Positions 17,357-27,185 of a stretch of DNA of 64,000 bases are shown in pieces (position 1 is the first letter of the stretch; the number at the start of each line of letters is the position of its first letter). Where the stretch lies: NCBI GenBank assembly GCA_045632645.1, contig JAZQXC010000003.1, positions 2,033-66,032 of the forward strand, given 5' to 3'. Both the position numbers and the translations under genes were made by a program. The DNA is from Alphaproteobacteria bacterium. Lineage in GTDB: Bacteria > Pseudomonadota > Alphaproteobacteria > RF32 > CAG-239. The notes under the pieces are model-generated. The model did no database searches, was not told the origin of the DNA, and saw only the letters and a program-made list of their open reading frames with translations.

Positions 17357-18562
17357 TTGAGCATGGCTAAAGTTGTTATTTTGATGATGGATTCTTTTGG
17401 TGTTGGTGGTGCTATTGATGCTAAAAACTTTGATGATGAGGGGGCTAACACCTTTTATAATATAGCAAAACATTATAAAAACCTTAAGGTTGGTAATCTA
17501 GATTTTTTAGGCTTGTCTAAGATTTTGGAAATGGCTAGTGGCAAAAAAGTTGAGCTTGGGGTTTGTGATTCTAAAATGAAATTAAAATCTAAATATGGTT
17601 ATATGGAAGAACAAAGCGCAGGAAAAGATACTATTTCTGGACATTGGGAAATGGCAGGAGTTCCTGTTATGAAAGATTTTGGTCACTTTAAGCTTGATTA
17701 TCCATCGTTTCCTGATGAGTTGATTGAAAGAATTTGCAAACGCTCTGGTATTAAAGGGATTTTAGGTAATAAGGCTCATTCTGGAACCGTGATTATTCAA
17801 GAATTAGGGGAAGAGCACTTAAAAACAATGAAGCCTATTTTTTATACATCTGCAGATAGTAATATGCAAATTGCGGCGCATGAAGAGAAATTTGGGTTAG
17901 ATAATTTATATAAACTTTGTGAAATTGCTTTTGAGGAAGTTAAGCCTTATAATATTGGTAGAATTATTGCAAGACCGTTTATTGGTGAGAAAAGTGGTGA
18001 GTTTGTTAGAACAAAGAATAGGCATGATTATGCTGTTTCGCCATTTGATAAGACTATTCTTGATAAAGCTAAAGAAAGTGGATTAGAAGTTGTTGCTATT
18101 GGAAAAATTGGAGATATTTATGCTCATCAAGGTATGACTAAAGAGGTTAAAGCAAGTGGGTTAGAAGAGCTTTGGGATGTGACACTTAATGAAATTAAGA
18201 ATTTAAGAAAAGATGGCATTATTTTTACCAACTTTGTTGATTTTGATATGAACTGGGGGCATAGACGCGATGTTGAAGGATATGCTAAAGGACTAGAATA
18301 TTTCGATAAGAGACTTTCTGAAATTGAAGATGTGATTGATGATGATGACATCGTGTTTATTACGGCTGACCATGGGTGTGATCCAACATATAAAGGAACA
18401 GACCATACAAGAGAGTGTGTGCCGGTTATTATGTTTGGTAAAAAGGTTAATGAGGAGAATATAGGTAAACGTTTGACTTATGCTGATATTGCTGAAACGA
18501 TAGCCGAATTTTTTGGTTTAAGTGCTTTTGGAATAGGGAAAAGTTTTTTGAGAGGTAAATAG
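17357..18562 (+). CDS. deoB: phosphopentomutase
   Basis: VVILMMDSFGVGG ... ITADHGCDP metal-binding motifs. Confidence 0.85.
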   Translation: MSMAKVVILMMDSFGVGGAIDAKNFDDEGANTFYNIAKHYKNLKVGNLDFLGLSKILEMASGKKVELGVCDSKMKLKSKYGYMEEQSAGKDTISGHWEMAGVPVMKDFGHFKLDYPSFPDELIERICKRSGIKGILGNKAHSGTVIIQELGEEHLKTMKPIFYTSADSNMQIAAHEEKFGLDNLYKLCEIAFEEVKPYNIGRIIARPFIGEKSGEFVRTKNRHDYAVSPFDKTILDKAKESGLEVVAIGKIGDIYAHQGMTKEVKASGLEELWDVTLNEIKNLRKDGIIFTNFVDFDMNWGHRRDVEGYAKGLEYFDKRLSEIEDVIDDDDIVFITADHGCDPTYKGTDHTRECVPVIMFGKKVNEENIGKRLTYADIAETIAEFFGLSAFGIGKSFLRGK

Positions 18563-18687
18563 AGCATTTTAATATAGGATTTTTCTTTAAGGTTGTTTTG
18601 GGGAAAAAGATGATTTAGGATTTGAAAGTTTTAAGTCGTTTTATTATGTTGCTTTATATATGATTATTGTAAAAGAGGAATGAAAAA

Positions 18688-19176
18688 GTGATTGTTGGTT
18701 TGTTGATTGCACTTTTGGTTGTTGTATTAGATCAGGTTTCTAAAATAGCTGTGTATTCTTATTTGTTAGAAGTTGGTAAAGCTGTTGAAGTTACTTCGTT
18801 TTTTAATTTGGTTTCAGCTTGGAATACAGGTGTTAGTTTTTCTATGTTTAGTAACCTTGGGGTGAATGGGGTATTTATATTATCAGCATTTTCGCTTTGT
18901 GTGGTTGGTTTTTTGGTATATTGGCTAAATAAAGAAAAATCTTTATATATGAGGGTATCTTTAGGTTTTGTTATTGGTGGGGCGATTGGTAATGTAATTG
19001 ATAGAGTTCGCTATGGTGCTGTTTATGACTTTTTAGATGTTCATGTTGGGGCTCATCATTGGCCGGCATTTAATGTTGCTGATAGCTTTATTTGTATTGG
19101 AGCTGTTTTAATTGTGCTTGATGGAATTATTTTTGATAGATGTGGATTAAATAAGAAAACAGAGGAGATAAAATAA
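18688..19176 (+). CDS. lspA: lipoprotein signal peptidase
   Basis: GTG start. SAWNTGVSFSMF and GGAIGNVIDR motifs. Confidence 0.85.
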   Translation: MIVGLLIALLVVVLDQVSKIAVYSYLLEVGKAVEVTSFFNLVSAWNTGVSFSMFSNLGVNGVFILSAFSLCVVGFLVYWLNKEKSLYMRVSLGFVIGGAIGNVIDRVRYGAVYDFLDVHVGAHHWPAFNVADSFICIGAVLIVLDGIIFDRCGLNKKTEEIK

Positions 19177-19334
19177 TGAAAAAATTTAGTATATTGATGG
19201 CGCTAGTTTTATTGCTTTGTAGTTGTGGTTTGACTAAAGAAGATTTGGGAATGGCGCGTTCTAAACCTGATGAAACAAAAGTTGTAAAAAGAGAGGCTTT
19301 AGTTGTTCCACCTGATTATGGGGTTAGACCTTAA
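19176..19334 (+). CDS. small lipoprotein (52 aa, lipobox LLLCSCG)
   Basis: ATG overlaps the lspA stop (TAATG). MKKFSILMALVLLLCSCG. Not in the track. Confidence 0.45.
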   Translation: MKKFSILMALVLLLCSCGLTKEDLGMARSKPDETKVVKREALVVPPDYGVRP

Positions 19335-19347
19335 TTAGTTTTATTTT

Positions 19348-19381
19348 AGGAGCTTTAAGTATATTTTAGCTCCTTTTTTTG
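19348..19381 (+). terminator. rho-independent terminator (AGGAGCT/AGCTCCT plus T7)
   Basis: Inverted repeat and T-run read directly. Confidence 0.55.
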
Positions 19382-19421
19382 TTTATATATGCCTTAGGGG
19401 TAGTATATTGTGGAGAATTAA

Positions 19422-20738
19422 GTGTTTAAAAAGCTTTTGTTTGTAGTTTGTTTTGTTTTAGGCTTTAGTTCAATGTCTTGTGCTAAGGTGTTAGATATAC
19501 ATGATTTTGCGCTTGATAATGGTTTGAGGGTTTTGGTTGTTTCTAATCATAAGGCGCCAGTTGGTATTGTTAAATTATATTATAATGCAGGTTCTTTTTA
19601 TGATCCTATACAAAAGGGCGGGATAGCTCATCTTTTAGAACATATGATGTTTCGAGGAACAAAAAAAGTAAGAGGGCAAGAATTTAATACGATTACTGAG
19701 AAAAATGGAGCTGATAATAATGCTTATACAACATATTTGCATACGGCTTATTATGAATTTAGCGATATATCAAAATTAGAGTTAATGCTCGCATTGGAAG
19801 CAGATAGAATGGAAAACCTCACGCTTGATAAAGAGATTTTCTTAAAGGAAAGAGATATTGTTTTAGAGGAAAGAATGCAAAGGTTTGAAACTAGTCCTAT
19901 TACTAAATTTTATGAAGAATTAAATAAGAAGTTTTGGGGTGAGCATCCTTATTCTAGGCCAGTTAGTGGTGAAATTGAAGAGATTAAAAGTTTAAGCCTA
20001 AATGATGCTAAAGATTTTTATTTAAAATATTATAATCCTAATAATGCTATATTAGTTATTGTTGGGGATATTACATCTGATGAAGCGAGGGTGCTTTCTA
20101 AAAAATATTTTGCGAAGATTAAAAATAAACAAAAAATTGATGATAAGAAGATAGTTAAAAATCTTAAAGACGACGAGATTGATTATAGAGTTAATTTAGA
20201 GAGTGTTAATCAGCCAAGATTTGTGTCGTATTGGCATTTGGAGCATGAAAAGTTTTCGAAAAAGGAAATTTTGGCTCTTGAATTCTTAAGTGAGTTTTTA
20301 ACTGGTGATGATACGTCGCTTTTGACTAATAAACTGGTTTATGAGGATAAAAAGTTCTTAAGTTTTGCGATGAGTGTTGATTATGATGAAAAATATGGTG
20401 GTAAAATAGCTTTTTATGCTGTGCCGGCAACTGAAGAGATGAAGTTTATGGATATTAAAGAGATTATTAAAAACGAGGTTATTAATGGGGTGAAAAAGAT
20501 TAGCCAAGATGATGTTTTAAAAATTAGAAATGAAGTTTTGAGTAATACTATATATATGCTTGAAAATCCAACTAGTATTGCAAGCTTTGTTGGAGAAATG
20601 GCAATTGATGGATATAGCGTTGATGAAATAAAAAACTATGATGAGATGATAAAAAGTATATCAAAAGATGATGTAATTAATGTTTGGAATAAGTTTTATA
20701 ATTTACAAAGAAGAGAAATTTATGGCTTAGTTTTTTAA
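19422..20738 (+). CDS. M16-family zinc peptidase (pitrilysin-like, HxxEH)
   Basis: Signal peptide. GIAHLLEHMMFRGT inverted zinc motif. Confidence 0.8.
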   Translation: MFKKLLFVVCFVLGFSSMSCAKVLDIHDFALDNGLRVLVVSNHKAPVGIVKLYYNAGSFYDPIQKGGIAHLLEHMMFRGTKKVRGQEFNTITEKNGADNNAYTTYLHTAYYEFSDISKLELMLALEADRMENLTLDKEIFLKERDIVLEERMQRFETSPITKFYEELNKKFWGEHPYSRPVSGEIEEIKSLSLNDAKDFYLKYYNPNNAILVIVGDITSDEARVLSKKYFAKIKNKQKIDDKKIVKNLKDDEIDYRVNLESVNQPRFVSYWHLEHEKFSKKEILALEFLSEFLTGDDTSLLTNKLVYEDKKFLSFAMSVDYDEKYGGKIAFYAVPATEEMKFMDIKEIIKNEVINGVKKISQDDVLKIRNEVLSNTIYMLENPTSIASFVGEMAIDGYSVDEIKNYDEMIKSISKDDVINVWNKFYNLQRREIYGLVF

Positions 20739-20752
20739 TTAAAAAGGAATTG

Positions 20753-20780
20753 ATTTAAATCTAGAAATGTGATATAATCT
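20753..20780 (+). promoter_or_regulatory. sigma70 promoter with extended -10 (TTGATT-N16-TGaTATAAT)
   Basis: Read directly. ~150 nt upstream of the 20929 gene. Confidence 0.45.
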
Positions 20781-20928
20781 GTATGTTATAGTATATTTTA
20801 GGTGAATTTTTTTCGTTATTTTTATGTTTTTTTCATGTTATTTAGTGTTGAGGTCGTCCTTAATATTAGAATATGTTTAGATATAGAAGTGATGAGTTGA
20901 TTTACATTTTATACTATATCTATTTAAT

Positions 20929-21858
20929 ATGTTTAATTTGAGGAGTGGAATGCTATCTAAGGAATGGCACCTCGTTAAAAACCACGGATTAATTATGATA
21001 ACACCATTTAACATTGACGTAGCAAAGGCTTGTTATGTAAACGTTGATGAGCTAGAGGGGCTAGGTGTAGGAGAAGTGGCTGAGCGCTATATTTTACCTA
21101 AGCTACTTGGTACTTACTCAGAGAGGGGTAGTGTTTCTCTTTTTTTGAAGTTCATGGCAAAATGGGGACGTTACATCTATCAGCATAGCTCGTTTTATGG
21201 ATGTTTGCTCCTTGAGCTTGGTTTGCAACGAATTTCAAGGGGAGCGTTGCTTCATGAAGGGGTTGATCTTGTTAAGCTTCTTCCTAAGTCATATCAAAAA
21301 TATACGTTTGCTTATGATGAGTATCGTATATTTACTGAGGAGTGCTGGGAGTTCTTCGAGAGTAATCTTTGCGTGATGTTCAGTATGAATGATCCTAAGT
21401 ATCGTGAGCACTGTCGCAAGATTGTGTTTGGTATCATGGAACATATTGATATCAATGGAGAGACAGATATGCTTTGGAATAATAAAGTTGCAAAGCATAC
21501 TCCAAGGGAGCTACGAGCCCTCGTTAAGCCCTATGCAACGGAGCGTTGCTCTGAAAATGAGCGATGGAACTACCTTGCTAGAGTTGCAAACAATAGTGCA
21601 TACTCTTGGGTTGTAAATGAGGCTTCTTTTGCAAGTATGCCAGTTCAGAGGCTTGCTGAGGATATGGCTAAGCATTGGCATTTTGTTTCGGACTTTTACA
21701 AAGACAACTTTAAGAAGATTGACTGGAGTAAAGTGCGAGAAAAACTTAATCTCGATGATTACCAGTATTATACTGGCGTATCAAAGAAGGTTTTGAAACT
21801 CTTTGGGCTTTATAATATGCTTACGTTTGCTGCTATTAAGGCAGAGATTCGTAGCTAG
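20929..21858 (+). CDS. hypothetical protein, compositionally atypical (GC-richer than the flanks)
   Basis: 309-aa ORF with visibly different codon usage (GCC, CGC, CTC, TAC frequent). Alternative ATG at 20950 behind GAGGAG. No recognisable domain. Confidence 0.55.
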   Translation: MFNLRSGMLSKEWHLVKNHGLIMITPFNIDVAKACYVNVDELEGLGVGEVAERYILPKLLGTYSERGSVSLFLKFMAKWGRYIYQHSSFYGCLLLELGLQRISRGALLHEGVDLVKLLPKSYQKYTFAYDEYRIFTEECWEFFESNLCVMFSMNDPKYREHCRKIVFGIMEHIDINGETDMLWNNKVAKHTPRELRALVKPYATERCSENERWNYLARVANNSAYSWVVNEASFASMPVQRLAEDMAKHWHFVSDFYKDNFKKIDWSKVREKLNLDDYQYYTGVSKKVLKLFGLYNMLTFAAIKAEIRS

Positions 21859-21877
21859 TTATAATAGCTTAGATTTA

Positions 21878-21906
21878 AGGTCTCCCATATGGGGGACCTT
21901 TTTTTG
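21878..21906 (+). terminator. rho-independent terminator (AGGTCTCCC/GGGGGACCT plus T-run)
   Basis: GC-rich hairpin followed by TTTTTTT. Confidence 0.6.
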
Positions 21907-21967
21907 CTTGTTTTTCTTTTTTTATTATGCTTATAGTATGTATATAATTAAATTTTGAGGTTGTTTG

Positions 21968-22519
21968 ATGATTAATCGTAAGATTTTGTTGCTTTCATGT
22001 TGTGCGCCTTGTAGTGCGGCGGTTATTGAAAAGCTAAAAAATGATGGTGTTGATTTTGAGGTGGTGTTTTTTAATCCTAATATTCATCCTCTTGAGGAAT
22101 ATACTAAAAGGCTTAATGAACAAAGAATGTATTGCGAAAAGCTTGGAGTTAAGTGTGTGGAGCTTGAGTATGAACCTAAAGAGTGGTTTGAGGCGGTTAA
22201 AGGGTTTGAAGAGGAAAATGAGCGCGGTAAAAGGTGTGATATATGTTTTTATTTTAGGCTTAAACGCGTAATGAAATATGCTAAAGATAATGGGTTTGAT
22301 TGTGTTGCATCGGTTTTGGGTGTTTCTAGGTGGAAGGATATAAATCAGGTTAATAGAGCAGGGTATAAGGCTAGTGATGAGGTTGGTGTGCCTTATATTG
22401 AAGTTGAAGGGCGCAAAAATGGTATGCAACAGAGAAGAATTGAGCTTATTAAAGAATATAAAATGTATAGTCAAGACTATTGTGGTTGTGTATTTAGTAT
22501 GAGAAAAGGTGAGAAATAG
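21968..22519 (+). CDS. queH: epoxyqueuosine reductase QueH (DUF208)
   Basis: LLSCCAPCS ... CDICFYFRL ... DYCGC cysteine motifs. Confidence 0.75.
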   Translation: MINRKILLLSCCAPCSAAVIEKLKNDGVDFEVVFFNPNIHPLEEYTKRLNEQRMYCEKLGVKCVELEYEPKEWFEAVKGFEEENERGKRCDICFYFRLKRVMKYAKDNGFDCVASVLGVSRWKDINQVNRAGYKASDEVGVPYIEVEGRKNGMQQRRIELIKEYKMYSQDYCGCVFSMRKGEK

Positions 22520-22580
22520 TTATTTTATTTAAGTAAATATTTATTTTTTTTATATATTACTTTTAAATAAAATATGGGAG

Positions 22581-23987
22581 ATGAGCATGGATATTTCTTT
22601 TAATTTAAAAGGTATGTTTGGGTTATGTATTCTTTTAATGCTATCTAGCATTATGTTTGGACATACCTTTATTTTAGGAAGTTCTATTGTGGTTGGGTAT
22701 TTAGCATATAGGCATTTTAAGCATAAAGTTAGTATTGTAGATGTTTTGTTTGCTGTTAGTTTTATATTAAATTTATGGTATGTTGTTAATTTAGGGATAA
22801 ATGTTAGGCAGTATGATTATTTTAATTTTTTTATGCATGCTGTGTATTTTGTTGAAAATGATTTTTTTGTTAAATCCCCTATTAATTATTTAATGAGCGT
22901 ATATTTTCAGCCACCTCTTTGGGGCGGAATTGCTGGTATTGTTACGAAAATTGGAATTTTATTAGGAGAGGGACGAGAAAACGCTTTTGATGTTGTTAGG
23001 TATATAAGCCTTTTCTCTATTTCTGGAGTTGGAATTGTTGGTTTGAGATTGTTTAAGCTTTTTGATTTTAAGCGCAATGTTTTATTGTTTGGATATGCTG
23101 TGTTTTTATTTTTGCCTATTCATACTATTATGTGTGGGCTTAATAATAATGATGCTTTTGTTTATTTTTTGATGACCTTGATTATTTATGAAGGGTATTT
23201 ATGGTATCAATCTTGTAGCTGCAAAAAGGCTTTTATTATTGCAGGGCTTTTAATTTTGGCAGGCATGACGAAGTTTTCGGGATTGATGATGGTTTCTTAT
23301 CTTGCGATGCTTGGGATTGCTAGGTTGGTTAATGAAGGTGTAATTTTTAATAAGAAAGCTTGGGGAGAGTTTTTTATTATTGGGCTTGGTGCAATGATTG
23401 GTTTTTCTTGGGGGGGATTTCTTTTATATCATAATTTTCCTTTGGTTCCACCACCACAATCTGTTTCATATCAGCTTATGGATAGGTTTGATATTTTTAC
23501 AAGACTATTTGATTTTTCTAATATTGGTGAGTTGTTTATTGATTTGAATAATGGTATTGTGGAACCTAATGTATGGCTTTCGCTTATTAAGACCTCATTG
23601 TTTGGGGAATGGAGTTGGAGCGGTGGTATTTTTCTTTATATTCTTTATTTGGGGGCGTTTTTATTAAGTATTTTATCTATATATGGGTTTTTAGGTTTAT
23701 TTAAATATAAATTAGGGCGTGATTTTGGTTTTAATTTAGCTATAATTGTTTTTGTAATTTCTGTATTTATATCTTGGGCTTTGTTTTGGCTTAAGTTTCC
23801 TTATTTTTGTTCAACAGAATTTAGATATGTTGTGGCAATCGTTCCTGTTGGAATGGTTGCGATACTCTCCGTTTTATCACAAAAAAACTTGCCAAAGTGG
23901 GTTAATATTTCTTTGGCAAGTCTTAGTATTATATTTGTTATAGCTAAAGTTATTGTTTATTTAAGTACCATTCAACAGTTTTTATAA
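22581..23987 (+). CDS. polytopic membrane protein, GT-C-like (ArnT/PMT-type glycosyltransferase fold suspected)
   Basis: 468 aa with >10 predicted TM helices. Adjacent to the rfb genes. Confidence 0.45.
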   Translation: MSMDISFNLKGMFGLCILLMLSSIMFGHTFILGSSIVVGYLAYRHFKHKVSIVDVLFAVSFILNLWYVVNLGINVRQYDYFNFFMHAVYFVENDFFVKSPINYLMSVYFQPPLWGGIAGIVTKIGILLGEGRENAFDVVRYISLFSISGVGIVGLRLFKLFDFKRNVLLFGYAVFLFLPIHTIMCGLNNNDAFVYFLMTLIIYEGYLWYQSCSCKKAFIIAGLLILAGMTKFSGLMMVSYLAMLGIARLVNEGVIFNKKAWGEFFIIGLGAMIGFSWGGFLLYHNFPLVPPPQSVSYQLMDRFDIFTRLFDFSNIGELFIDLNNGIVEPNVWLSLIKTSLFGEWSWSGGIFLYILYLGAFLLSILSIYGFLGLFKYKLGRDFGFNLAIIVFVISVFISWALFWLKFPYFCSTEFRYVVAIVPVGMVAILSVLSQKNLPKWVNISLASLSIIFVIAKVIVYLSTIQQFL

Positions 23988-24963
23988 TACCTGTTTTGAA
24001 TGTTTCATCAGGTTTATATGCTAATTCTGTTTCAAGTTTGGTTGGATCAATAGCATAACGTTTATCATGACCAGCTCTATCTTTTACAAATGTGATGAGC
24101 TCGCTATATTTTTTGCCGTCTTTTCTTGGGCGCATATTATCTAGTATTTCACAAATTGTGTGTGTGATGTCTAGATTTGTTAGTTCATTGTGGCCACCTA
24201 CATTATAAGTTTCGCCTAATTTGCCGTTATGGTATATTATGTCTATTGCTTTGGCATGGTCTGTTACATATAACCAGTCACGAATGTTTTTACCATTGCC
24301 GTAGATTGGAATTGGAGTTAGGTTTAGGCAATTTCTGATAATGGTTGGAATTAATTTTTCGCCATGTTGTTTAGGGCCATAGTTGTTTGAACAGTTTGAT
24401 GTTGTTGTATTAAGACCAAAAGTATGACGATATGCTCTTACCAAAAAGTCTGAGCCTGCTTTTGAGGCTGAATATGGAGAATTGGGAGCATAAGGGGTTG
24501 TTTCTGTGAAAAAGCCTGTGTCACCTAATGTGCCAAATACTTCATCTGTTGAAATGTGATGGAAATGATAATTTTCACAGCCTTTTTTAGGTGTGAATGG
24601 TGCATCATACCAGTGATTTCTGCATGCTTCTAATAAATTAAATGTTCCAACTAGGTTGGTATTAATGAATGCTCGTGGGCCTGAGATAGAATTATCTACA
24701 TGGCTTTCTGCGGCAAAGTGTATTACACCGGTTATTTGATGATTATCAAATAAATTATTTATGAATGCTTCATCACATATATCACCTTTGATAAATGTAT
24801 AATTAGGATTGTTTTCAACTTCTTTTAAGTTATCTAAATTTCCGGCATAGGTTAATTTATCAAGATTGATGATTTTATAATCTGGATGCTCGCTCATAAA
24901 ATATGGTATGAAGTTTGCGCCAATGAAGCCAGCGCCACCTGTTACTAAAATTGTTTGAGACAT
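23950..24963 (-). CDS. rfbB: dTDP-glucose 4,6-dehydratase
   Basis: ILVTGGAGFIGANF ... YSASKAGSD motifs. Start at the internal Met. Confidence 0.9.
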   Translation of the reverse strand: MSQTILVTGGAGFIGANFIPYFMSEHPDYKIINLDKLTYAGNLDNLKEVENNPNYTFIKGDICDEAFINNLFDNHQITGVIHFAAESHVDNSISGPRAFINTNLVGTFNLLEACRNHWYDAPFTPKKGCENYHFHHISTDEVFGTLGDTGFFTETTPYAPNSPYSASKAGSDFLVRAYRHTFGLNTTTSNCSNNYGPKQHGEKLIPTIIRNCLNLTPIPIYGNGKNIRDWLYVTDHAKAIDIIYHNGKLGETYNVGGHNELTNLDITHTICEILDNMRPRKDGKKYSELITFVKDRAGHDKRYAIDPTKLETELAYKPDETFKTGIIKTVEWYLNKQ

Positions 24964-25769
24964 TGTTCTAAACTCTCCTTCCAATGAGGTATTGTGATGT
25001 TAAAACGTTGTTTGATTTTTTGTTTGTTTAATACGCTATAATGTGGGCGTGGAGCAGGGGTATTATAATCTTTGCTCTCGATAGGGTTTACTTTGCATGA
25101 AAGATGTGATTGTGACATGATTTCTAATGCAAAGTCATACCATGAACAAACGCCCTCATTTGAGAAATGAAAAATTTCTTTTTCATTTTCTTTGATTTGT
25201 GGAAGCATTGCAACAATAGCATTTGCTAAATCATAAGCGTTTGTTGGGGACCCGACTTGGTCAAATACAACGTTTAAGGCTTCTCTTTCTTGACCTAATT
25301 TTCGCATTGTTTTTACAAAGTTTGAGCCATGAGGAGAGTATAACCATGCTGTTCGTATTATGATTGCTGTTTTGGCTGTATCTAATACGTTGAACTCTCC
25401 TTCTAGCTTTGTTTTACCATAAATTGATAATGGTGTTGTTTTGTCTTCTTCTTTATATGGTTTGTAAGATGTGCCATCAAAAACATAGTCTGTTGAGATG
25501 TGAATTATGTTTTTACCATATTTGGCTAAATATAATGGTGCTAGTGCATTTACTTTAAAAGCATTGTCTTTATCTTCTTCTGCTTTATCAACAGCTGTAA
25601 ATGCTGCACAATTTATTACAAACTCATAATTTTTGCCTTCAAAGAAGTTTTTTACTTCTTCTTCGTTAGTTAGGTCTAGCTCATCTCTATCAATGTAGTC
25701 TGCTTTGTCTTTTAATAGAGTTTGAAGAGCAGTTCCTAATTGTCCGTTACATCCTGTTACTAAAAACAT
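24945..25769 (-). CDS. rfbD: dTDP-4-dehydrorhamnose reductase
   Basis: MFLVTGCNGQLG. 274 aa. Synteny with rfbBCA. Confidence 0.85.
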   Translation of the reverse strand: MFLVTGCNGQLGTALQTLLKDKADYIDRDELDLTNEEEVKNFFEGKNYEFVINCAAFTAVDKAEEDKDNAFKVNALAPLYLAKYGKNIIHISTDYVFDGTSYKPYKEEDKTTPLSIYGKTKLEGEFNVLDTAKTAIIIRTAWLYSPHGSNFVKTMRKLGQEREALNVVFDQVGSPTNAYDLANAIVAMLPQIKENEKEIFHFSNEGVCSWYDFALEIMSQSHLSCKVNPIESKDYNTPAPRPHYSVLNKQKIKQRFNITIPHWKESLEQCLKQF

Positions 25770-26308
25770 GGTTCTAAATCCTTAAATTTAGGGTGATTTA
25801 AATCTCGTTCTAATATGTTGGCTTTATTCATATCAATTTTCCAATCAATATTTAAGTCTTCATCTAAAACACAAATACCACCTTCTTCTTCTTTGTTATA
25901 AAAATTGTCGCATTTATAAGCAAAGATTGCTGTGTCTGATAAAACTGAAAAACCATGAGCAAAACCTCTTGGAATAAGAAGTTGCTGTCCGTTTTCTTCT
26001 GATAAGTGAACAGCTATATGTTGACCATATGTTGGAGAGTTTCTTCTTATATCAACCGCAACGTCTAAAACTTCTCCTTTTATTACGCGTACGAGTTTGG
26101 CTTGTGCTGCAGCATTTTTTTGAAAATGCAAACCTCTTATTGTGCCATAGTTTGAAAACGATTGGTTATCTTGTACAAAATCATAAAACAAGCCATTATC
26201 TTCAAACTCTCTTTTGCTGTAACTTTCAAAAAAGTAGCCACGACTATCTTTGAATACTCGTGGGGTGATGATGTAAACCCCATCTAATGCTGTTTTAGTA
26301 AATATCAT
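25760..26308 (-). CDS. rfbC: dTDP-4-dehydrorhamnose 3,5-epimerase
   Basis: DSRGYFFESY ... RGLHFQ cupin motifs. Start at the internal ATG 26308. Confidence 0.85.
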   Translation of the reverse strand: MIFTKTALDGVYIITPRVFKDSRGYFFESYSKREFEDNGLFYDFVQDNQSFSNYGTIRGLHFQKNAAAQAKLVRVIKGEVLDVAVDIRRNSPTYGQHIAVHLSEENGQQLLIPRGFAHGFSVLSDTAIFAYKCDNFYNKEEEGGICVLDEDLNIDWKIDMNKANILERDLNHPKFKDLEPCF

Positions 26309-27182
26309 GTTTTTCCTCATATACTTTTTGTAAATATTCTTTATATGGTACGCCATTTTTTAGGCTGTTTATTAATTTTTCCATTTGAGGTGCATCAATA
26401 AAACCTTGGCGATAAGCAATTTCTTCAATACAAGCTAGCTTTAAGCCTTGACGTTTTTCAATAATTTGAACAAATTGCGATGATTCCATTAGGCTATCTG
26501 GTGTTCCGGCATCTAACCACGCATTTCCTCTCTTTAAAGGGATAACGTTTAGGCGGTTTTCATCTAGATATAATTTATTTAAGTCTGTTATTTCAAGTTC
26601 GCCTCGTTTTGAGGGCTTTAATGATAATGCTTTTTTAACAACATCATTTGGGTAGAAGTATAAACCTGTTACAGCATAGTTTGATTTTGGGTTTTGGGGT
26701 TTTTCTTCTATTGAAATTGCGCGTTTGTTTTCATCAAATTCTACTACACCAAAACGTTCTGGATCTGAAACGTGGTATCCAAAGACTGTTGCTGAGTTGT
26801 TGTTGTCTCTTACAATGTTGCGATAGTTTTTCATTTGTGATTGTATGTAGAATATGTTATCGCCAAGAATTAGGCATACTTCTTCATTTTGGATAAAGTC
26901 TTTACCTAAGATAAAGGCTTCGGCTATGCCGTTTGGTTTTTCTTGTACTTTGTAGGATAATTTTAGTCCTAAATGGCTACCATCACCAAATAGATGCTGA
27001 ATATTTGGAGTATCTTCTGGTGTTGATATTATTAATATTTCATTTATTCCAAATAGCATTAATACGGATAATGGGTAGTATATCATAGGTTTGTCGTACA
27101 CAGGGAGTAACTGTTTGGAAGTGCATGCTGTTAATGGGTACAACCTTGTACCTGATCCACCGGCAAGTATAATACCTTTCAT
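26295..27182 (-). CDS. rfbA: glucose-1-phosphate thymidylyltransferase
   Basis: MKGIILAGGSGTRLYPLT. Confidence 0.9.
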   Translation of the reverse strand: MKGIILAGGSGTRLYPLTACTSKQLLPVYDKPMIYYPLSVLMLFGINEILIISTPEDTPNIQHLFGDGSHLGLKLSYKVQEKPNGIAEAFILGKDFIQNEEVCLILGDNIFYIQSQMKNYRNIVRDNNNSATVFGYHVSDPERFGVVEFDENKRAISIEEKPQNPKSNYAVTGLYFYPNDVVKKALSLKPSKRGELEITDLNKLYLDENRLNVIPLKRGNAWLDAGTPDSLMESSQFVQIIEKRQGLKLACIEEIAYRQGFIDAPQMEKLINSLKNGVPYKEYLQKVYEEKHDIY

Positions 27183-27185
27183 GTT

